Shown here in pieces: positions 57,497 to 64,000 of a DNA stretch of 64,000 nt. The stretch is from a bacterium. GTDB taxonomy: Bacteria; Patescibacteriota; Minisyncoccia; Phycocordibacterales; UBA12088. The position numbers and the translations under genes were made by a program. Numbering within the stretch: the first letter of the stretch is position 1; each line of letters begins with the position of its first letter. The notes beneath the pieces were generated by a model that was not told where the DNA came from, did not search any database, and was given only the letters and a program-made list of their open reading frames with translations. Location: assembly GCA_003252295.1 (NCBI GenBank), contig QKEV01000003.1:64701-128700 (forward strand), given 5' to 3'.

Positions 57497-58334
57497 GCAC
57501 ATCCTCTTCTAGGGTGAGTGTCGCTAAACCAAAGCCGTCAGGGAGAGGAAACTCTTCATCTTCATTGTGTTCGTGTGGTGCCACGTATGATACGGTCATC
57601 ATGAGTGCAAAGCCGAGTGTCATCATGAGGAAGTAGTGGTGGTGTGCACCATCTCTCTTTGCATGTGTGAGTACACTTGGCAACAGGTCACGAAACAAAA
57701 TGTAAACAAAACCGCCAGCAGAAAAGGCGATTAGGTACACACTGTAGTCACCAATTGATGCGATAAGGAGAGAACAGACAACACCAATAAGGATAGTTGC
57801 GGAAACAGCAAAGTTCCATAAGAGTGCTCGTCGAGTAGTATAACCAGCTTCTTTGAGAATGAAAAATTCAGCGATCTCCTGGACGATCTCATGGAGAAGG
57901 ATACCGAGTGTCGTTCCAATTCCGATAACTGGAGAAATGAGAAATGCTGGTACAAGGGTAAGTCCATCATGAACATTATGAATCGCGTCTCCGACAAGCA
58001 CCCTTCGAGCATCGATAGAAGAAAACGTTTTTTGTTCACAATCACCGTGATGATGGTGATGTGAATCTTTTGGTAATAGTCGAGTGATTCCTTCAAGAAG
58101 TAGTCCTCCAAAAATGAAAGCAAGTACGGTAATGTATGAAAAATTTTCATGAATAACTTCACCTCCAAGGTTAAGGATGATCGCTGCAAAAACACCAACA
58201 GCTAGAGCAACGAAGTAGGGAAGTCGTGGACGGAGCCAGTCACCGAGTGTTTTCCATGCAAATACAGCACCTGAAAGTGAGGCGAGCATAATAGTAAAAG
58301 CAGCAATAGTAACGTAAAAAATAAATGGAATCAT
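57489..58334 (-). CDS. ZIP-family metal transporter
   Basis: His-rich loop; GDAIHNVHDG, HEIVQE, AGGFVYI; start reassigned to 58334. Confidence 0.92.
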   Translation of the reverse strand: MIPFIFYVTIAAFTIMLASLSGAVFAWKTLGDWLRPRLPYFVALAVGVFAAIILNLGGEVIHENFSYITVLAFIFGGLLLEGITRLLPKDSHHHHHGDCEQKTFSSIDARRVLVGDAIHNVHDGLTLVPAFLISPVIGIGTTLGILLHEIVQEIAEFFILKEAGYTTRRALLWNFAVSATILIGVVCSLLIASIGDYSVYLIAFSAGGFVYILFRDLLPSVLTHAKRDGAHHHYFLMMTLGFALMMTVSYVAPHEHNEDEEFPLPDGFGLATLTLEEDVLS

Positions 58335-58422
58335 TGTGTGATTATACAGCAAAATACTGTTGCATGGCATGTAAAAAACGTGTATATCAATAGTACTACT
58401 TGTTACTAATTAATAAGAATAT

Positions 58423-58839
58423 ATGAAAAGTTTTTTTGAGGAATTTAAAACATTTGCAATGCGTGGGAACGTCCTCGATCTTGCTATAGCTGTCGTTGTT
58501 GGTGGCGCATTTGGAAAGATAGTCACCTCACTCACGAATGATATCATTATGCCAATCGTTGGGTTGCTCACTGGCGGCATGGATTTCAGTAGTCTTGTGT
58601 GGACACTCAAGGATGCTCATGATGATGTTGCGGCAGTTACCGTGAACTACGGTATTTTCATTAACACTATCGTTTCTTTTATTATTGTTGCATTTTCTAT
58701 CTTTATGCTCGTAAAGACCTTGAATAAATTGCAAGAGTTACAAAAGGAGAAGGAGGAGAAAAAGGAAGAGAAAGAAGAGAAAAAACCATCACGAGAAGAA
58801 GTATTACTCACAGAAATTCGTGATCTCTTGAAAAAGTAG
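58423..58839 (+). CDS. mscL: Large-conductance mechanosensitive channel
   Basis: [32 protein letters not shown]; LLTEIRDLL. Confidence 0.98.
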   Translation: MKSFFEEFKTFAMRGNVLDLAIAVVVGGAFGKIVTSLTNDIIMPIVGLLTGGMDFSSLVWTLKDAHDDVAAVTVNYGIFINTIVSFIIVAFSIFMLVKTLNKLQELQKEKEEKKEEKEEKKPSREEVLLTEIRDLLKK

Positions 58840-58874
58840 TTGGAACACAGTGGTCATTCTTTGGTACAGTGTAG

Positions 58875-59384
58875 ATGATGAAAAAGACACTGACTTTGAA
58901 AGAGGTTCTCATCTTTATTTTGGCAGCTACGGTTGTGAGTGCTGCTGTCCTGTTTGTTACCCAGTACTACACAAACAAGGTTGCCTACAGCAGAGCTATT
59001 CACGAACTTAGACAAATACAGAAAGCTGTGTACCTGTACCAAGACAACCATGGAGGTATGTACCCACCTGAAGCCGATGGCTTGCTGCCACCTGAGCTTG
59101 GAGAGTACTTGTCGCCTGATAGTGACTGGGAGCATGCGCCATTTCCTGGAAGTCACTATGACTGGGATAATTGGGCACCAGAAGATCTGGCATACCCTCC
59201 CTCTGAACAGGTTCGACAGGTAAGTGTACGTTTCTGTGATACTGCTAATGGGGTATGTGCGTTTCCAAGTGAGGAGTGGTCACAGGGTTTTGATGAGTAC
59301 AGTGCACTGTACCTATGTTTAGAAGGTCCTTGCCGGTCTCATGCCACGCAGCCAGTGACACATCCTGGGATTAGTGTAAATTAG
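58875..59384 (+). CDS. Pilin/pseudopilin-like protein
   Basis: TLTLKEVLIFI degenerate prepilin motif; ELRQI.KA..LY..D..G.YP; C-terminal Cys. Confidence 0.7.
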   Translation: MMKKTLTLKEVLIFILAATVVSAAVLFVTQYYTNKVAYSRAIHELRQIQKAVYLYQDNHGGMYPPEADGLLPPELGEYLSPDSDWEHAPFPGSHYDWDNWAPEDLAYPPSEQVRQVSVRFCDTANGVCAFPSEEWSQGFDEYSALYLCLEGPCRSHATQPVTHPGISVN

Positions 59385-59389
59385 AGTAC

Positions 59390-60115
59390 ATGAAGCATGG
59401 TGAGGTTACTCTGGCACTGGAGAAGGTTGCCACATCCGCGTGTGCTGTTTCTAGTGCACGTTTTTTTAAGATGGGGGAGGGTGAGTATGGAGCAGGTGAT
59501 GAATTTATCGGTGTGACTGTTCCAGAGCAGAGGAAAGTGGCACGACAATTTGCTACACTTCCTCTTGCTGAGGTGAAAAAACTACTCAAGAGTAAAAAAC
59601 ATGAACATAGATTTACGGCACTCCTCATACTTGTGGAGCGTTACAAGGGGGGTGACGAAGTTGAAAAAAAAGCAGTTGTTGATTTCTACCTGACACACCT
59701 TGATAGGGTGAATAATTGGGATCTGGTTGACACATCTGCGTACCAGATACTTGGTGATTACTGCGTTCTTAAAGATGCCTCAGAACCGCTATATGCACTT
59801 GTCAGAGAGTCGGATATGTGGAAGCGACGGGTTGGTATTGTGGGGACATTTGCCTATATCAAAAAGGGTAAACTTGAACACACCTTTATGATTGCTGAAC
59901 AGCTACTTTCAGACAAGGAAGACCTTTTACATAAGGCAACAGGGTGGATGCTTCGTGAAGCAGGTAAGAAAAATATGGCTATACTAAAGCGTTTTTTAAA
60001 AAAACATGGTACACTCATACCACGAACCACACTTCGCTATGCTATAGAAAAATTTCCAGAACATGAACGAAAGGTGTGGTTAAAAAGTGAAAGAAAGTAT
60101 GCTAAAAAAACGTAG
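59390..60115 (+). CDS. DNA alkylation repair protein (AlkD-like)
   Basis: FFKMGEGEYG.GD.FIGV.VP, NNWDLVD, KATGWMLRE.GK, RTTLRYAIE. Confidence 0.92.
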   Translation: MKHGEVTLALEKVATSACAVSSARFFKMGEGEYGAGDEFIGVTVPEQRKVARQFATLPLAEVKKLLKSKKHEHRFTALLILVERYKGGDEVEKKAVVDFYLTHLDRVNNWDLVDTSAYQILGDYCVLKDASEPLYALVRESDMWKRRVGIVGTFAYIKKGKLEHTFMIAEQLLSDKEDLLHKATGWMLREAGKKNMAILKRFLKKHGTLIPRTTLRYAIEKFPEHERKVWLKSERKYAKKT

Positions 60116-60692
60116 TATTGATACGGTGAAATTTGGAGCAGAAAAAAGCGATGAAGAAATAATGATCGGTGTTTCTGCTGACCCAGAACTTTTTGGTGTG
60201 CTCATTGAACGCTATGAAGTAAAGCTTACACGCTACCTGCTTCGTATTATGCCTGGACTTCGTGAGGAGGTAGATGATCTCTTGCAAGAAGTTTTTATTA
60301 AGGCATACGTGCACGTGAATGGTTTTGATCCAAAACAGAAATTTTCCTCATGGATCTATCGAATAGCACACAATGAGGCAGTGAGCTGGCTCAGAAAAAA
60401 GAAAGCACGACCAGAACTCATTGAACTTGGGGAAGAGGATTTTCAAACATTTAGTCAGTCAATAGAAGATGCGTTTGATGAGAAAGAGACTGTGTTTGCA
60501 AAAGATGAGGTTGCGAGAATCATTGGGGAGATGGAAGAACGGTACCGGTCAGTACTGGTTCTCAAGTTTCTTGAAGGCAGGAATTACGATGAGATCAGCG
60601 ATATTTTAGAGGTACCTACAGGTACCGTAGCAACGCTCATACATAGAGCAAAAAAACAATTTAGTAGTTTGTATCATAAACATCATGAGTAA
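60099..60692 (+). CDS. ECF RNA polymerase sigma factor
   Basis: DDLLQEVFIKAY, FSSWIYRIAHN, YDEISDIL.VP.GTV..LIHRAK. Confidence 0.93.
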   Translation: MLKKRSIDTVKFGAEKSDEEIMIGVSADPELFGVLIERYEVKLTRYLLRIMPGLREEVDDLLQEVFIKAYVHVNGFDPKQKFSSWIYRIAHNEAVSWLRKKKARPELIELGEEDFQTFSQSIEDAFDEKETVFAKDEVARIIGEMEERYRSVLVLKFLEGRNYDEISDILEVPTGTVATLIHRAKKQFSSLYHKHHE

Positions 60693-61581
60693 CACAGAAG
60701 GAAAAGAAAAGGAGAGTAAAGACAACAGTACGACTGTAGGTAAGATGCGTGCTCGGATATTGGATACCATCAAGACGGAGGGGATTTCACCAAAACCAAA
60801 GTGGCACTTCCTTTTAAAAGAGTGGGTCATCTGGGTTACCGCAGGGATTGCGTTCCTGCTAGGTGCTATTGCGACGACGCTCACCATATACATGCTCAAC
60901 GTGAACCGTTTTATGGAGCATGTGATAGAGATCACAGATGCTGATTTTTGGTTCAGTGTGGTACCACTTCTTTGGATACTGCTAGTTGTTGTGGGAATTT
61001 TCTACACAGTGTATGCAGCACGTGAGTCAAAAAAAGGCTATAAATGGAGTCTTTCTTGGCTTGTTAGTATTGCACTTTTCGGTAGTGTTGTACTTGGAAC
61101 AAGTGCATACGCCGTCGGTGCGGGAGATGTTATTGATGGATACCTGCTCACAAAAATGCCGCTGTACAAAAAAATGACCCACTTTGAACCAGATCACTGG
61201 ATGGATATCGATAATGGAGTGGTAGTTGGTATGGTGACTAGTGTACTTTCTGAAGGTTGTACAGTTGAGCGTATGGATACTCATACTCCACTCACTATTC
61301 TGTTTGATACAGAGACAGAAATACTCACACCTAATCAAGAGATATTACTCAATGCACCAGTAAAGATCATTGGAGAAGAAGTTACCGATGATACTTTCTA
61401 TGCAAAAGAAGTAGAACCGTTCATGGGAAGAGGTGGCGGTATGTTCCGTCCGCCCGAAATGATGCAAGATGAGCTACCTGGAAACGGTGTGATGAATGGT
61501 GCCATGCTCATGCAAAGTTCAGGGCAGGGTAACATGCAAAATTTTCAAAAAAGATACAAGATTTTGATGGAAGATTTTTGA
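60685..61581 (+). CDS. Membrane protein, probable anti-sigma factor
   Basis: Overlaps the ECF sigma stop; three TMs, PKPKWHF motif, OB-like exported domain. Confidence 0.65.
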   Translation: MSNTEGKEKESKDNSTTVGKMRARILDTIKTEGISPKPKWHFLLKEWVIWVTAGIAFLLGAIATTLTIYMLNVNRFMEHVIEITDADFWFSVVPLLWILLVVVGIFYTVYAARESKKGYKWSLSWLVSIALFGSVVLGTSAYAVGAGDVIDGYLLTKMPLYKKMTHFEPDHWMDIDNGVVVGMVTSVLSEGCTVERMDTHTPLTILFDTETEILTPNQEILLNAPVKIIGEEVTDDTFYAKEVEPFMGRGGGMFRPPEMMQDELPGNGVMNGAMLMQSSGQGNMQNFQKRYKILMEDF

Positions 61582-61725
61582 GTTCCTGAATATAAAAAAG
61601 TGGCTAAAAATAAGTTTGAAAACTAATTTTCTCGTGTGGAAAATAGTAACAATTTGGTACATCTCTGAGTGGTAAAATATATATGAAAAACTGCGTGAAC
61701 GAGACGTTATTTTTCGGTGTATTGT

Positions 61726-63828
61726 ATGCCACCATCAAACAGATATAGCCCCCACAGAAGTCACACAATTGTACTCAAACCGAGGGGTATTGTTGCGTCT
61801 CGTACTCAAATATATGGCTCAAAACAAGGACATTTTGTTTATGCTCGTGGTTCGCCGCCACTTGCGTTTTCGGGAATGAGAAGAAAAGATGTGCACCCAC
61901 CTCCACGGCAACAGTCTCTTCCTCCTCAAAAACATATAGAAGATTCAAAAAACAGAACTGACCTTCTGGTGCGTTTTGGTATTGACAGTACGCTTGGACG
62001 TGTGGTGTCACGTATTTTGATACTTCTGATGCTTACGCAACCAATTTATGTTGCGCTCGGTATGGAGCTGGAAGATGGAACAGTGACACTTGATACACAA
62101 GAGGAAGCCCCTGTAATTGAAGAGGTTGAGGAACCAGTTGTAGAAGAAGTTGAAGAGGTTGAGGAAGCTTCAAAAGAGGTTTTTGTTTCTGAAGATGAAG
62201 AGTTGCATGATGAAGATCTCGATGTTGACACCGATATCTCTCTGGACACAGAGGATGTTGTAGAAGAAGAGGAAGTTTTACTGAACGGTGATGATGTTAT
62301 CGAAGCTAGCTCTGATGAAGATTCTTCTGACAATGAACACACTGGTGTTGTTTTAGGTGATGCAACAGATGAAGGTGGTGTGGATGAGACCACAGGTACC
62401 ATATCTGATGATGAGCTTACTGATGAGATAGTGGCAGTGGATGATGAAGACAGTGGTACTGACGTAGCAAATGGAGATGAAACTGAAAGCGATGATGAGG
62501 CGAGTGCAGGTGGTTCTTCTTCTGGTTCCAGTGGTGGAAATGTACAGGATGATGAGGTGAGTGAAGAGGTTGCTGAAGAAATCACTGATGATACAGATGA
62601 TGTAATTGAAGAGGATGAGGTAACGGGAGAAACAGCAGATAGTGGCGACAGTTCGGTATCGTCTGATGATACAGAAGGACAAGATGAAGAGGTGGTTGCA
62701 GAAAATGAGGAAGGTATCATTGCTGTAGATGAGGAAGATGCTGCGGTGTATGTATCACAAAATCCAAACAGCAAGTACGTGTTTGGCGAGGGTGACTGTA
62801 CGCTCGTTTCTGATGGTGAATTCTACTGCATTGCCGAGGGACCTGAGCGTCAGGTTATGCTCGGTGATCCTCGAGTGTATGCAGAGAAAGATAGGGAGGG
62901 TGATAAGGAGATCTACTACTTTGATGGAGTAGAGGTGCGACGTATAACGAATAACAGTTACGATGATTTTGCGCCCGTGTTTGATGAAGAGACTATGCGT
63001 ATTGTCTGGCAGGCAATGCTCAATGATCGTTTGCAGATCATGATGTACGAAATACCAACAAACACCACACGACAGATTACAACAAGTCGCCAAAACAGCA
63101 GTAATCCAAGCATAGCGGGCGACCTGGTGGTGTGGCAGGAATGGATCGACACCAACTGGGAGATCATGATGACCGATGTGAACAATAATGGGCAAGCGTT
63201 CGAGATTGAACGACTTACTGACAATGCTGTTCATGATATGTTCCCGGCTGCGTACGAAGGACTCATTACCTGGCAGAGTGAGCGAGGTAGTTCATGGGAG
63301 GTGATTGTGTATGATTTGCGGACTGGTCAGAAGCATGCACTTGAGAAAGATGAAGATACCAAGTATGAGAATCCACGTTTCGTGCTCTTGTTTGATTCAA
63401 AGCATGAGAATGGTGATGTAGAAACTATTGGATACAACCTTGATACCGGTGAGATGATGGAGCTCGGTACGACACCGGCACCTATTCCAACTGAACCACT
63501 CACACCAAAAGATGAGACACCTGACGCAGTGGTGCGTGAAGCATCAAATAGTCCTCAGGTGCGTATAGAAACCGACGATAGTGGAAGTGGTGACGGTGGC
63601 GATGGTGGGGATGGTACCGGTACCGGGAACAATGTTGCTGATGTGATGAGTGATACCGCCACCACTACCGATGCAGGAACGGTTGTGCTGAGTCCAGTGA
63701 CTGTAGTTCCTAGTGAGACCGTGCAGGCAGTAGATGAGAGTGCTGTCATAGAGGTGGTTACCGAACTGGAAGAAACGGTAGGACAAGAGATGTCAGAAGT
63801 TGATACAACTAACGCTAGTGTGCTGTAG
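61726..63828 (+). CDS. Acidic exported protein with TolB-like beta-propeller region
   Basis: TM, about 230-aa Asp/Glu-rich linker, repeats EIY..RRITNN.YDD.AP, IVWQ, RQIT...NP.IAG..VVWQ. Confidence 0.85.
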   Translation: MPPSNRYSPHRSHTIVLKPRGIVASRTQIYGSKQGHFVYARGSPPLAFSGMRRKDVHPPPRQQSLPPQKHIEDSKNRTDLLVRFGIDSTLGRVVSRILILLMLTQPIYVALGMELEDGTVTLDTQEEAPVIEEVEEPVVEEVEEVEEASKEVFVSEDEELHDEDLDVDTDISLDTEDVVEEEEVLLNGDDVIEASSDEDSSDNEHTGVVLGDATDEGGVDETTGTISDDELTDEIVAVDDEDSGTDVANGDETESDDEASAGGSSSGSSGGNVQDDEVSEEVAEEITDDTDDVIEEDEVTGETADSGDSSVSSDDTEGQDEEVVAENEEGIIAVDEEDAAVYVSQNPNSKYVFGEGDCTLVSDGEFYCIAEGPERQVMLGDPRVYAEKDREGDKEIYYFDGVEVRRITNNSYDDFAPVFDEETMRIVWQAMLNDRLQIMMYEIPTNTTRQITTSRQNSSNPSIAGDLVVWQEWIDTNWEIMMTDVNNNGQAFEIERLTDNAVHDMFPAAYEGLITWQSERGSSWEVIVYDLRTGQKHALEKDEDTKYENPRFVLLFDSKHENGDVETIGYNLDTGEMMELGTTPAPIPTEPLTPKDETPDAVVREASNSPQVRIETDDSGSGDGGDGGDGTGTGNNVADVMSDTATTTDAGTVVLSPVTVVPSETVQAVDESAVIEVVTELEETVGQEMSEVDTTNASVL

Positions 63829-63833
63829 GACAT

Positions 63834-64000
63834 ATGCAGAACAGGAGAACAGTACAAAAAAAGAATAAGGTAAATTTTCTGTCTAAGGTTCGCAAGGGTG
63901 TCTATGTGATAGTGGCATTCCTGCTCTCACTCGTTATTCTTATTACCGTCTTTTACTTTACACGGGATACGAAAGCAGCAGCAGGTGATTTTGCAATTTA
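63834..64000 (+). CDS. Start of a membrane-anchored or secreted protein (truncated at window end)
   Basis: Open frame MQNRRTVQKKNKVNFLSKVRKGVYVIVAFLLSLVILITVFYFTRDTKAAAGDFAI to the window end. Confidence 0.7.
   Translation, partial: MQNRRTVQKKNKVNFLSKVRKGVYVIVAFLLSLVILITVFYFTRDTKAAAGDFAI

Noticed and set aside
8641-60115. MGMT, AlkD, GIY-YIG and three NUDIX genes as a defence island
   Set aside because: They are dispersed, ordinary repair and nucleotide-sanitising genes with no operon linkage.
62046-62774. Long antisense ORFs (e.g. 568-1284, 14646-15119, 62046-62774)
   Set aside because: Shadow frames of well-supported + strand genes with biased composition.
1-64000. Genome-wide stop-codon reassignment
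   Set aside because: TGA ends clear genes (8898, 15423, 16100, 19101) and TAG ends many others; RF2 is present; only isolated internal stops occur.

Overview
A 64 kb chromosomal window, inferred to come from a small-genome Patescibacteria/CPR bacterium (Parcubacteria-like). The inference rests on the short RF2, the gatA/ftsEX/pyrG/rlmB/mscL housekeeping genes, the many small membrane orphans and the apparently leaderless genes. About 70 CDS lie almost entirely on the + strand, with six tRNAs (fMet, Met/Ile2-CAT, Asp, two Thr, Gln). No rRNA, CRISPR array, integrase or transposase was seen. The most striking unexplained structure is a module repeated at three different tRNA genes (fMet, Asp, Gln). 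Each tRNA is followed by an optional cargo gene, a hairpin, an inverted copy of that tRNA's own 3' end with one extra T, a 117-143 nt hairpin-rich spacer, a degenerate direct copy of the 3' end and a terminator. This suggests a tRNA-anchored gene-cassette capture or inversion system. Other notable items: two promoter-and-terminator-bounded structured ncRNA candidates, a 62-bp direct repeat flanking a subtilase, 12-bp-unit palindromic arrays, an ATP-grasp/protease peptide-tagging cluster, a ChpT-like pseudo-kinase relay beside a PilB-type ATPase, a CsoR-family-regulated RND locus with a frameshift, and two genes with single in-frame stops. All product calls come from motif recognition by eye; no database searches were run.
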